Made by a program: the position numbers and the translations under genes
The notes under the pieces: model-generated
Databases searched by the model: none
Told to the model about the DNA's origin: nothing
The model's input: the letters and a program-made list of their open reading frames with translations, nothing else
In this document: positions 1 to 7,885 of the stretch, in pieces
Numbering within the stretch: the stretch's first letter is position 1
How the letters are laid out: every line of letters starts with the position of its first letter
Virus record (IMG/VR): IMGVR_UViG_3300042368_000845
Strand: one strand, 5' to 3'
Length of the DNA: 20,000 bases
From: an uncultured virus (IMG/VR IMGVR_UViG_3300042368_000845)
Taxonomy: Duplodnaviria; Heunggongvirae; Uroviricota; Caudoviricetes

Positions 1-335
1 ACAACATTATTGATGAATTTTTTTCTTTTATTCACTGTGCTGTCGATTCTCATTCTTTGTGAGTATGATAAATCTTTCCAATTACCCTTATAGAGCTTCT
101 TTTTTAGTTCTGTTCGAACAATTCTTCTGGCTCTATTTTTGAGTTGAGTACTTGATCTACGTCTTTTTGCTCTCATTTTTCGTAGAAATGCTCTACGTTT
201 TGATGTTCTACGTGCGGCAATAGCCAACTTCATTCTGGTGCGAACGGAAGCGGCTTCATTTAAATTTTGAGAAAATTCTTCAAAATCTCCAGAACTTAAC
301 CAATCTTCAGGTAAAATATTCAAGTTTTCATTCAT
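1..335 (-). CDS. Highly basic T4-like late/prohead-core-type protein (runs off the window edge)
   Basis: Manual translation from ATG 335: MNENLNILPEDWLSSGDFEEFSQNLNEAASVRTRMKLAIAARRTSKRRAFLRKMRAKRRRS...; open to position 1; TATAAATA 8 nt upstream; acidic leader ending LNE, then R/K-rich helix. Confidence 0.7.
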   Translation of the reverse strand, partial: MNENLNILPEDWLSSGDFEEFSQNLNEAASVRTRMKLAIAARRTSKRRAFLRKMRAKRRRSSTQLKNRARRIVRTELKKKLYKGNWKDLSYSQRMRIDSTVNKRKKFINNV

Positions 336-343
336 AGCTTAAA

Positions 344-351
344 TATTTATA
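344..351 (-). promoter_or_regulatory. T4-type late promoter TATAAATA
   Basis: Exact T4 gp55 consensus 8 nt upstream of ATG 335. Confidence 0.75.
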
Positions 352-356
352 ATATT

Positions 357-381
357 AAAAAACCCTCCGAAGAGGGTTTTT
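357..381 (-). terminator. Intrinsic terminator with cUUCGg loop
   Basis: Minus strand AAAAACCCTC-TTCG-GAGGGTTTTTT right after the stop at 386. Confidence 0.85.
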
Positions 382-385
382 GGAA

Positions 386-736
386 TCACTTCCAGGGTAT
401 TTCGGCTACAAATTTAAAGCCATGGTGTGATTTTCTTTTACCCGCTATACACTCATACATAGCAGCTCTTTTTAGTTTATTTTTCTTACAAAATTCATAC
501 ATGTTATCGACTGTGTATAAGACACCATTTTTATCCTCTATGATGAATTTACGTCTTCTTTCAAGACGAGTTATTTCTTTCCATCTAAAACAATTATATT
601 TTTCTTTTACAAATTCTCCACCAAATTGTTGAATAAATCTTTCACGAAATAATCTTGATTTAGAATTGTCATTACAATAAACCCATGTTGGAGAATATTT
701 ACGATTTATATCTTCTTTTTTAAATGGAATCATCAA
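386..736 (-). CDS. Protein with C-terminal NUMOD1/IENR1-like DNA-binding domain
   Basis: VDNMYEFCKKNKLKRAAMYECIAGKRKSHHGFKF resembles the NUMOD1 helix-turn-helix; no nuclease motif visible. Confidence 0.6.
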   Translation of the reverse strand: MMIPFKKEDINRKYSPTWVYCNDNSKSRLFRERFIQQFGGEFVKEKYNCFRWKEITRLERRRKFIIEDKNGVLYTVDNMYEFCKKNKLKRAAMYECIAGKRKSHHGFKFVAEIPWK

Positions 737-1391
737 AATTATCCTTATAATATTTCTTTACACAGTCTGCCAATCTTTTCAAATATTTAGATGCCTTCTC
801 TTCAAAGATTTGCAGTTCACCCGTTTCTGTTGCAATTAAAATAACTATATCTTTAATCTTTTTATTTGTGCGTTCTTCCCATAATAAGGAATATGCAGTT
901 GCTTGCATAAAATAATTATCAATATCATCCTTATATTTTGGTTTAGTAGAACCCTTAAAATCTATGATACATGTCTTACCATTATATTTTGCTATACAGT
1001 CAACTCTACCAGCCAATCCTGTTCGTTCTCCCCACAACATTGTCTCTAAAGCATAGACTTCTTCTATCTTATCGATCTCTGGTTTTAATTGTTCAAATAA
1101 TTTTAATTCTGTTTCTGAAATTTCAGATAAATCTAATTGTTCATTAAGTAGATATTTTTCTGCTAAAGAATGTATTGTGTTTCCTCTAGCACAGACTCTA
1201 TTTGATTCTTGAATATTATTTTTTCTCCAAGAAGCAAAGAAGGCACGCTTTTCCCATCCAGTTACTGTTGTAACAGATGGAAGCATACCTTCTGGAGTAG
1301 AATAGAATCGTCTTCCATCCTCTTCTACTTTGCTTATCTCTTCAGTTGGATTATATAAAAAGTTATGTTTAAAATTACCACAAATAATCAT
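720..1391 (-). CDS. PD-(D/E)XK (Cas4/RecB-like) exonuclease of T4-like phages
   Basis: PSVTTV, RGNTIH, AGRVDCI, IIDFK and YFMQATAY motifs. Confidence 0.9.
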   Translation of the reverse strand: MIICGNFKHNFLYNPTEEISKVEEDGRRFYSTPEGMLPSVTTVTGWEKRAFFASWRKNNIQESNRVCARGNTIHSLAEKYLLNEQLDLSEISETELKLFEQLKPEIDKIEEVYALETMLWGERTGLAGRVDCIAKYNGKTCIIDFKGSTKPKYKDDIDNYFMQATAYSLLWEERTNKKIKDIVILIATETGELQIFEEKASKYLKRLADCVKKYYKDNFDDSI

Positions 1392-1978
1392 TATTCACCA
1401 GATATTTCACTTCTCATTTTATTTATCTCAGTTTTATGAGGTTCTTTATTCAGTAATGATAAAACTCTTTTACGAATGAGTTTTACATTCTCGGTTAATT
1501 CTTCTTTATTTGATGAAAATGGATCATATGAGGCGGCTATAGGCATTCTTTGAAATCCACCAACCATTGATCTCAAAGGACTTACTTGTGGGGATGCAAA
1601 TGGTACACCAGCACTTCTTGTTCTTGCTGACTGAACTGTGTTTGTTGCATAACCCATTGCTGCCATTTGTGTTGGAGTTAGCGAACCACTAAAACTAGCT
1701 AGAGGTGATGCTTGTGTTGATGCTGCTGCTTTTGGAGTCTGCAATGTATTTAATCTTATTTTTTTAACGTCGTCTTGTGTTGGCTTTGATTCAATAGATG
1801 AACTGCCAGTATCGGATGTTGTATCTGGATATGTTAATTCATTTTCTTCATCTTCATCTTCATCATTTTTTTCTTTTTGAGAAGTATTTTTCTTTTCATT
1901 TAATGAAGATTTAGATTGTTTTATATTCTCTTGAAGTGATATGAAATTAATAAATTCTGATAGATCTTCGTTTTCCAT
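1391..1978 (-). CDS. Hypothetical low-complexity protein, possibly virion-internal
   Basis: 195-aa ORF, S/T/Q-rich, stop/start coupled to both neighbours. Confidence 0.7.
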   Translation of the reverse strand: MENEDLSEFINFISLQENIKQSKSSLNEKKNTSQKEKNDEDEDEENELTYPDTTSDTGSSSIESKPTQDDVKKIRLNTLQTPKAAASTQASPLASFSGSLTPTQMAAMGYATNTVQSARTRSAGVPFASPQVSPLRSMVGGFQRMPIAASYDPFSSNKEELTENVKLIRKRVLSLLNKEPHKTEINKMRSEISGE

Positions 1979-2535
1979 TACGTTCCCCTAAATTTTGCTC
2001 GAAAGCCTCCAAGCATTGCTTGAAGCGATGATGGTGTAGCAATAGAACCAGCTAAAGTAACTGGTGGTCTATTGGTTGGATTTATAGATCTAACTGCCTC
2101 TGGTGTTGTTCCCATAGAACTTGCAGATTGTGGTCTAATAGTTTCAACATCGGACACTCCAGGATCTACTGGTAGTGCTTCATCTTGCGTTTGATTATTC
2201 GCCCCAGATCCATTCATGGCTCGACCAGCCACTGCTTGTGCTACACCACCTACTGTGGCCCTTCCAATTGGTGTACGTCCAAATGTTCTTGATCTAGTAA
2301 GAATATTTCCTACTTTTGCTTTAACTGCTGTTTGAGCCGTTCCCATAGCGGCACGAGATGAAGCAGCACTTCTACCAGCAGCACTTGCTGCTGATGATGC
2401 AGTCCTAGAAAGAACTCCTCCTCCTGCTCTTACTACACTTGGTACTAACCGTGCAGCAGCAGCAAGTAAAGGAGCAATGAACTCATCTAATTGTTCTTGT
2501 TCTGCGAGATATGTTTTGAATGATTTTAATTCCAT
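1978..2535 (-). CDS. Ala/Gly-rich putative head-internal protein
   Basis: N-terminus LKSFKTYLAE...LDE resembles T4 capsid-targeting and gp21 cleavage leaders. Confidence 0.7.
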   Translation of the reverse strand: MELKSFKTYLAEQEQLDEFIAPLLAAAARLVPSVVRAGGGVLSRTASSAASAAGRSAASSRAAMGTAQTAVKAKVGNILTRSRTFGRTPIGRATVGGVAQAVAGRAMNGSGANNQTQDEALPVDPGVSDVETIRPQSASSMGTTPEAVRSINPTNRPPVTLAGSIATPSSLQAMLGGFRAKFRGT

Positions 2536-2822
2536 TTTTTACCCGATCTATTTGATGCGATATCAAGATTTTTATGAAATCGCTTTGGCATACCTTTTTT
2601 CATTCTATTCATAAGTTGATTCCATTGACCGCCTGTTTTTTTATTAGGTGTCATGTTAATATCAGAAGCAACGCCTTGAACAAATCCAGTATAATTTCTT
2701 ACAATTTTATGTTCTGTGCATTTTTCACATGCTTCAGATAGTGGTTTCTCTCTGTCGTCAATAGAACAAAAACGATCAAATTCATGATTACAATTTTGAC
2801 AGATATATCCGTAATTAGGCAT
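2526..2822 (-). CDS. FmdB-family zinc-ribbon protein
   Basis: MPNYGYICQNCNHEF...CEKC; start reset to ATG 2822 (MPxYxYxC consensus). Confidence 0.85.
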   Translation of the reverse strand: MPNYGYICQNCNHEFDRFCSIDDREKPLSEACEKCTEHKIVRNYTGFVQGVASDINMTPNKKTGGQWNQLMNRMKKGMPKRFHKNLDIASNRSGKKWN

Positions 2823-2919
2823 CTTTTTTCTTTCCAAATGTTCTTTTCACATTTACAACTCTTCTTGGTTGAAATTTAGAAGTTGGTTTTGGTGTTTCTT
2901 TTTTAGTTTCTTTTTTCAT
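2815..2919 (-). CDS. 34-aa Lys-rich hypothetical protein
   Basis: MKKETKKETPKPTSKFQPRRVVNVKRTFGKKKDA; fills the gap between two minus-strand genes. Confidence 0.45.
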   Translation of the reverse strand: MKKETKKETPKPTSKFQPRRVVNVKRTFGKKKDA

Positions 2920-2920
2920 T

Positions 2921-3730
2921 TTATTTTCCGTAATAAAAATTATGTATAGTATCTACATACCATTTTTTTGGTTCTTCTTTTGACCCTATCCCAACATTCC
3001 AGTGTTTAGTGAATCTATACAAATCATCTTTTGATAATGGTTTATGAATATCAATACCTAATTCATCACCTTTTGCTTTAATAACCTTAAGTATTAATTC
3101 TGTGTGTTTATCAGCATGTTCTTCACCACCAAGATCACCCATTCCATTAAACCCATATGTTGGATGTTTTTTACCGTGGGTCAAAAGTTTTTTTCCTTGT
3201 TGAAGAAATTTAGTAACAAATTCACTTTTTTCAATTTTACCTTGATTAACAAATCCTTCCACAGTTGATCTTGTTAATTGTGCTGGACCATAAGCAGATG
3301 AATTAGTAGATACTCTGTTTCTAACATGAATTTTAGGATCATACGCATATGGATCTTTTCCGACTACTCCACGATGTTCAGCAGATACAATCGCACCATA
3401 AAGTCTTTTCGCATGTTCAGAACCATAATCAAATTCTTTTGCCTTTTCATTTGTGGTCTGTGGAGCTTTTTGAGTAACTTTTTGTTGTGTATTTGTTGTC
3501 TGCTGAGTATTTACAGGTTTTTGTTGTTGAACTGTAGATGTTGTAGGTTGTGTTGGAACACTAGGTTGAACAATTGGCTCCTGTGGTGCAAATCTACCAA
3601 TACCAAGAGCCTTTGCACCAGCTGCCATACCACTTACAAGACTACCACCTACGATCACACCAGTAGCAAGACCTTTTGCAAGTGACTTAAGATCAACCTC
3701 TGCGATATATTTCTTATCTTCAACAATCAT
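2921..3730 (-). CDS. Putative lysozyme-like/lytic transglycosylase with hydrophobic N-terminus and Q/T/P linker
   Basis: AIVSAE (candidate catalytic Glu) and SAYGPAQLTRST resemble SLT motifs I and II. Confidence 0.55.
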   Translation of the reverse strand: MIVEDKKYIAEVDLKSLAKGLATGVIVGGSLVSGMAAGAKALGIGRFAPQEPIVQPSVPTQPTTSTVQQQKPVNTQQTTNTQQKVTQKAPQTTNEKAKEFDYGSEHAKRLYGAIVSAEHRGVVGKDPYAYDPKIHVRNRVSTNSSAYGPAQLTRSTVEGFVNQGKIEKSEFVTKFLQQGKKLLTHGKKHPTYGFNGMGDLGGEEHADKHTELILKVIKAKGDELGIDIHKPLSKDDLYRFTKHWNVGIGSKEEPKKWYVDTIHNFYYGK

Positions 3731-3887
3731 TCAGATTTCTTTCTTTATATTTTCTACACTTATGTGATGTGCATTTTTGAATAAGTGGATCACCAGATTT
3801 ATTTAATCCAGATCTTAAATATTTGTTAACAGTCAACTTCTTTTCTCTTTTAAGACAGCGAAATAATTTATCCTCAAAGTGATTCAT
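3720..3887 (-). CDS. 55-aa basic hypothetical protein
   Basis: GGAGG SD upstream of ATG 3887 (MNHFEDKL...). Confidence 0.5.
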   Translation of the reverse strand: MNHFEDKLFRCLKREKKLTVNKYLRSGLNKSGDPLIQKCTSHKCRKYKERNLNDC

Positions 3888-3960
3888 GATAACCTCCAGA
3901 TAAAACATCATCAGGATCTTCTGGTATTTCGTATGGACCTTGCAGACCATCGATGTTCAT
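3874..3960 (-). CDS. 28-aa acidic peptide
   Basis: MNIDGLQGPYEIPEDPDDVLSGGYHESL; AATAAATA (3973-3966) lies 5 nt before the ATG. Confidence 0.4.
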   Translation of the reverse strand: MNIDGLQGPYEIPEDPDDVLSGGYHESL

Positions 3961-3964
3961 GTAA

Positions 3965-4204
3965 TTATTTATTTGGCTTTGTATTTACATTACGATCTAA
4001 GGTGGTATATCCTAATTTTTTTGCTGCTTGTTCAGGATGATCACCACGATCCATCATTTTATCATGCTGATCTTGTATATGTTGAGGTGCAGTAGATATA
4101 TGAGGTCTATCAGTTTCCTCAGTTATTTTTTTGATGGGATTTACATTTCTCTTTCCCTTCAATTGTCTCAACTTATCGATAATCTGTTTAGCTTTTATTC
4201 TCAT
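3965..4204 (-). CDS. Hypothetical late protein
   Basis: 79 aa; AATAAATA 5 nt upstream. Confidence 0.65.
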   Translation of the reverse strand: MRIKAKQIIDKLRQLKGKRNVNPIKKITEETDRPHISTAPQHIQDQHDKMMDRGDHPEQAAKKLGYTTLDRNVNTKPNK

Positions 4205-4209
4205 ATTTC

Positions 4210-4224
4210 TATTTATTATAAATA
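4210..4224. promoter_or_regulatory. Back-to-back late promoters
   Basis: AATAAATA on minus (4217-4210) and TATAAATA on plus (4217-4224), each 5 nt from an ATG. Confidence 0.7.
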
Positions 4225-4229
4225 TTTTT

Positions 4230-4373
4230 ATGAAATTTAAGAAATTATTATCTAAAATTCACGAACAGAGTGGATCTGGAAATGCAGTAAATATTTTGCG
4301 TCATGTAGAAACATTACGAAATAGAATAAAAAGACCTTCACCTAATACTAAACCATATTCAGCTAAAACGTAA
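4230..4373 (+). CDS. 47-aa basic late protein
   Basis: MKFKKLLSKIHEQSG...; start reset to ATG 4230 behind TATAAATA; hairpin follows the stop. Confidence 0.6.
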   Translation: MKFKKLLSKIHEQSGSGNAVNILRHVETLRNRIKRPSPNTKPYSAKT

Positions 4374-4402
4374 TAAGAGGGCGATTACTCGCCCTCTTAT
4401 TA
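4371..4402. terminator. Hairpin between convergent genes, likely bidirectional terminator
   Basis: TAATAAGAGGGCGA-TTAC-TCGCCCTCTTATTA, a 14-bp perfect stem. Confidence 0.75.
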
Positions 4403-4792
4403 AGCCACTTCTTCTGGCTTTCGATTCCTAAGTTGATAATCTAGCCAGTAGTCCTTCCAATCCTTTCGAGATGTCCTCTTGTAAGGATATTTAATATCGT
4501 TAATTTCAAGGAAAGAATCATCTACATCATGAAGATGGCAGTAATGTGATGGTCGCACATCACGTGGATCGTTATACATTCGTGTCTTTGCATCACCATG
4601 TTGTGATGTTTTAATCAACTTTAAAGTTCCAGGAAGAGTATTAATATTAAAATAATACTTGATAATATCAGAATCTGAAAGATTCTGCCACCAAGATACA
4701 AACTGTTCTTCAGTCATACCTGGCTTCCAATTATATGTGCGATATCCATATTCTTCGTTAAGAAAGATTTGTAGTTCGTTATTCATAATCAA
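4400..4792 (-). CDS. Hypothetical protein
   Basis: 130-aa ORF in a minus-strand run. Confidence 0.75.
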   Translation of the reverse strand: MIMNNELQIFLNEEYGYRTYNWKPGMTEEQFVSWWQNLSDSDIIKYYFNINTLPGTLKLIKTSQHGDAKTRMYNDPRDVRPSHYCHLHDVDDSFLEINDIKYPYKRTSRKDWKDYWLDYQLRNRKPEEVA

Positions 4793-4991
4793 ATGTTGTA
4801 ATAATTTTTTTTAAAAAGTCAATTTCTTCATCAGAAAACATTGTATTGTCATGTGTCTTCAATAAGTTTTCTGCTATAATAAATGCCCTGCTATAAATTT
4901 CATTAGACTGAGATGATTTTCCCTGATCTGCCAATTCGTATGATTTTTGAATTAAATCATGTACGGTATTGATTCGATCAGATATCATCAT
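4779..4991 (-). CDS. Hypothetical helical protein
   Basis: 70-aa ORF overlapping the next gene. Confidence 0.65.
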   Translation of the reverse strand: MMISDRINTVHDLIQKSYELADQGKSSQSNEIYSRAFIIAENLLKTHDNTMFSDEEIDFLKKIITTFDYE

Positions 4992-5003
4992 TATTGGTAT
5001 CCA

Positions 5004-5207
5004 TCAATAGAAGTGTTGGATGAAACGGGTCTTACTGTTTTGGTAAACAAAGATGTCCTCAATTTCATCGTCTTCACTGGGGAGATCTTCGAATTCTTCG
5101 TCAAAGTCGTATTCAGTTTCTTCATCCACCCGTGGTTTAGGGTTTTTGTTTGGATCTTCATCAGTAATTCCTTGAGTAATAATAAAAATTGATTCTGAGT
5201 CTGACAT
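5004..5207 (-). CDS. Acidic hypothetical protein
   Basis: GGAG SD before ATG 5207 (MSDSESIF...); D/E-rich. Confidence 0.65.
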   Translation of the reverse strand: MSDSESIFIITQGITDEDPNKNPKPRVDEETEYDFDEEFEDLPSEDDEIEDIFVYQNSKTRFIQHFY

Positions 5208-5226
5208 TTTTACTCCGTAGTCATAT

Positions 5227-5514
5227 TTATGAAATTTTTGTTTTATGATACTCATCATAAATTTTTTGATTGATTCCCCTCAACATGCACATTTCTTTAA
5301 ATGTTGAATTCTTTCTTTCGATTTTTGTATCAATACTTGTTAGTTGGTTATAGTAATGATCTGTGATTTGATATGAGAATGTTCCATCTGTATCTACAAA
5401 TACATCTAGAACATTATCCTTTAACATTAGTTCAATTTCTCTTTCCATCTCAACGATGTTATAAATTGTTTGAACATAATACGCTACGTTTGTAAAGTTA
5501 GGTGTATTTTCCAT
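5227..5514 (-). CDS. Hypothetical protein
   Basis: 95-aa ORF. Confidence 0.65.
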   Translation of the reverse strand: MENTPNFTNVAYYVQTIYNIVEMEREIELMLKDNVLDVFVDTDGTFSYQITDHYYNQLTSIDTKIERKNSTFKEMCMLRGINQKIYDEYHKTKIS

Positions 5515-5516
5515 AG

Positions 5517-5607
5517 GTCACAACCTTGTCACATGAATTCAAACCTGTCACACATTCCATACAAAACTGTCACAAATTTTTTGAAGCCCCGTCACATGTA
5601 TGTCAGT
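5517..5607. repeat. GTCACA direct-repeat cluster with mostly 11/22-bp spacing
   Basis: Copies at 5517, 5528, 5547, 5569, 5591 and GTCAGT at 5602. Confidence 0.6.
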
Positions 5608-6168
5608 GATCATCTTATCATTTTTCTTTGCTGCGTAATGTTTCCAATTTGCTCTTGCATATGACGCTGGTAAAAACTTCATTCTCAAAATTTTTGATTG
5701 GATAAGCTTTTGTGGTAGTGTAGTATAGTCTTCATCATAAAAACGGTCAACAAAAATTTCTAAAATTTGATCAGTATTGTTAAATGAAAAATATTGCACA
5801 GCAATTCTTCGATCAAAATTAATTTGTTTTGAGATTACAACATTATCTTTGTATTTTCTCAAGATAGGAATTTTAAATTCAGTATAATCAGATGACATGT
5901 AGAAAGGATTGTCCTGTCTCACAACATATCTAAGACCGTCATATAATTTCAGTCTGTTGATTTCGCTTTTTACATTTTCTGATAATATATTGTACTTCAC
6001 ATACCATCTCTGTTCTATTGAGTCAAAAAGACTCCCAAAACCCTTTACAAAAGTCCTATAATTTATTGATAATTTGTTACGAAATGGTATATGCAAATAA
6101 ACATCATCAATGTCATTATAACTCATTTCGGGAGTCACACGATTAAGTGGTAATAACTCATTTGCCAT
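5548..6168 (-). CDS. Hypothetical protein
   Basis: 206-aa ORF with GAGGA SD. Confidence 0.75.
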   Translation of the reverse strand: MANELLPLNRVTPEMSYNDIDDVYLHIPFRNKLSINYRTFVKGFGSLFDSIEQRWYVKYNILSENVKSEINRLKLYDGLRYVVRQDNPFYMSSDYTEFKIPILRKYKDNVVISKQINFDRRIAVQYFSFNNTDQILEIFVDRFYDEDYTTLPQKLIQSKILRMKFLPASYARANWKHYAAKKNDKMITDIHVTGLQKICDSFVWNV

Positions 6169-6225
6169 ACTATCAACTTCCTCACGTCCTATAACTAACT
6201 ATCAACAAATACTATCAACTTTGGC

Positions 6226-6266
6226 AAAAAAAAGAGGACACTCGCATCAAACGATGCGAATGCCTC
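6226..6266 (-). terminator. Intrinsic terminator overlapping the stop of the wHTH gene
   Basis: Minus strand GAGGCATTCGCATC-GTTT-GATGCGAGTGTCCTC followed by 8 T. Confidence 0.75.
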
Positions 6267-6471
6267 CGTTGCGACCGCGAGTGAAAGTAATCCGTGATCC
6301 GAAATGATCGACAAGAATCTTTCGCATTTCGTTGGTCGTGACACCAAACTGTTTTGAGAGTGAAAGAACCGTAACCTTTTCACCCGAATTGAAACGATTT
6401 TCTGCATCAACGCAAATCGACTTGTACTGATCTGTGTTGAGATTGCCACTAACGACTGTGTTGTTGTTCAT
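6247..6471 (-). CDS. Small winged-helix protein, paralog A
   Basis: VTVLSLSKQFGVTTNEMRKIL...TFTRGRNGGI (Rrf2-like RGxxGG wing); start reset to 6471. Confidence 0.75.
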   Translation of the reverse strand: MNNNTVVSGNLNTDQYKSICVDAENRFNSGEKVTVLSLSKQFGVTTNEMRKILVDHFGSRITFTRGRNGGIRIV

Positions 6472-6477
6472 GCTCAT

Positions 6478-6506
6478 ATTGTACTTCCTTTCTCTCTTGC
6501 TGTCAA
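6478..6506 (-). promoter_or_regulatory. Sigma70-type promoter, leaderless geometry
   Basis: TTGACA-17-TACAAT-ATGAGC-ATG(6471). Confidence 0.85.
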
Positions 6507-6507
6507 T

Positions 6508-6536
6508 GGGGAGGGTAAGACCACCTTACCCTCCCC
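6508..6536. terminator. GC-rich hairpin after the AAA gene, no U-tract
   Basis: GGGGAGGGTAAG-ACCAC-CTTACCCTCCCC. Confidence 0.55.
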
Positions 6537-6545
6537 GACGTTTAC

Positions 6546-7721
6546 TCAGAACGGTGGTTCATTTGGATCGACTGCGGTAGCGGGTGCTGTGTTCTTGTTC
6601 ACAGGAGGATTGACAGTCTCATCAATCTTCGTGTAGAGGGAATAGAACCCGTCCTGCGTGTCACGATCGAATCGTGCGAGTGCCATCTGCACAGACTTTG
6701 GCTTGTCCTTGAACACGGAGTATGCCTTGACGATGTTCAGCAGACGACGAGTAGACACGATCTCATCAACCGCACCCTCATTGAATGACTTGCGGATCAT
6801 CTCTGCCCAAGTCACAAGGTTGTCAGCGAACTGGTGATCGTCAATTCCATACTTGGAGAGTGCCTTGACGATGATCTTCTTCTCAGTACTCTTCGGTGCG
6901 TAGGACTGTTCGTAGGTGTAATCGAAACGATCAAGGAATGCCTCGTTCATCACGTTCGTGCCGATGAATCGACCATCGTCAGAACCCTTGCCCTTGGTGT
7001 TTGCCGTTGCCACCACACAGAAGCCCTTGGCAGGAGTCACCCAAACATTCTGCTTCTTGACATACACACCCTTTCCCTCAAGGACGCTTTGGAGGCACAT
7101 GATCTTCTCCGTGCCAAGGTCAACCTCGTCAAGCAAAAGAACCGCACCACGCTTCATGGCCTCGACAACAGGGCCATCCTGCCACACGGTGCTTCCATTC
7201 ACAAGACGCATACCACCGATCAGATCATCCTCATCGGTCGTTCCGATGATGTTGACGCGGTAGCACTCTCGCTTCAACTTCGCACAAATCTGTTCGATCA
7301 TGGTTGTCTTGCCGTTGCCCGACATACCAGTAAGGTAGATCGTGAAGAAATCCTTGGACGAGAGAAGACGGTGAATGTCCTCGTAGTGACCCCATGCGAC
7401 ATACTCAGGGTTTACGTCGGGGACGAGGGAGGTGCGATCACCCATCGTCATGCCAAGGACTGCTGATGCCATATTGAGCGTTGTCGTGGAAGTTTCAATC
7501 ATTGTGTTTTCCTTTGTTTCAATCATTGTATCAGAAATCTCAGGGATGTGGTAGACACCGTGAGAGATTTTTCGATCTTTTTCAAGACACCACGATGGTG
7601 GATTTGAGAGGCCAATCATGTTCGCCGCACGAATAAGTTCTGCACGGCTGACAGAGGTGGTCTTGATGCCGTTGGTGCGAAGGCTGTCGATAAATTTTTG
7701 TTGTTCCGTGGTGAGGTTCAT
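6546..7721 (-). CDS. CobS/MoxR-like AAA+ ATPase with an N-terminal extra domain
   Basis: Walker A GMSGNGKT, Walker B LLLDEVD, ATANTKG, NEAFLDRF, STRRL; start reset to 7721. Confidence 0.92.
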   Translation of the reverse strand: MNLTTEQQKFIDSLRTNGIKTTSVSRAELIRAANMIGLSNPPSWCLEKDRKISHGVYHIPEISDTMIETKENTMIETSTTTLNMASAVLGMTMGDRTSLVPDVNPEYVAWGHYEDIHRLLSSKDFFTIYLTGMSGNGKTTMIEQICAKLKRECYRVNIIGTTDEDDLIGGMRLVNGSTVWQDGPVVEAMKRGAVLLLDEVDLGTEKIMCLQSVLEGKGVYVKKQNVWVTPAKGFCVVATANTKGKGSDDGRFIGTNVMNEAFLDRFDYTYEQSYAPKSTEKKIIVKALSKYGIDDHQFADNLVTWAEMIRKSFNEGAVDEIVSTRRLLNIVKAYSVFKDKPKSVQMALARFDRDTQDGFYSLYTKIDETVNPPVNKNTAPATAVDPNEPPF

Positions 7722-7727
7722 ACGCAT

Positions 7728-7756
7728 ATTATATCAATGACCATGAAAGAAATCAA
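7728..7756 (-). promoter_or_regulatory. Sigma70-type promoter, leaderless geometry
   Basis: TTGATT-17-TATAAT-ATGCGT-ATG(7721). Confidence 0.85.
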
Positions 7757-7821
7757 TGCACATGGAATGATTTCCAAAAATTTTCATAGATACTTGTATG
7801 ACCAACAAACAAAATGAAAAT

Positions 7822-7860
7822 AAAAATTCACGGCAAGTCAAGAAGACTACCGTGAATTTT
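7822..7860 (-). terminator. Intrinsic terminator after the vWA gene
   Basis: AAAATTCACGG...CCGTGAATTTTT. Confidence 0.7.
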
Positions 7861-7885
7861 ATGAAACCTTATCAGAAGAGAAAGT

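Noticed and set aside
386..736. Intact homing endonuclease
   Set aside because: Only a NUMOD1-like tail; no GIY-YIG or HNH motif visible
720..1391. CRISPR-associated Cas4
   Set aside because: No four-Cys Fe-S motif and no cas context; matches the common T4-like exonuclease
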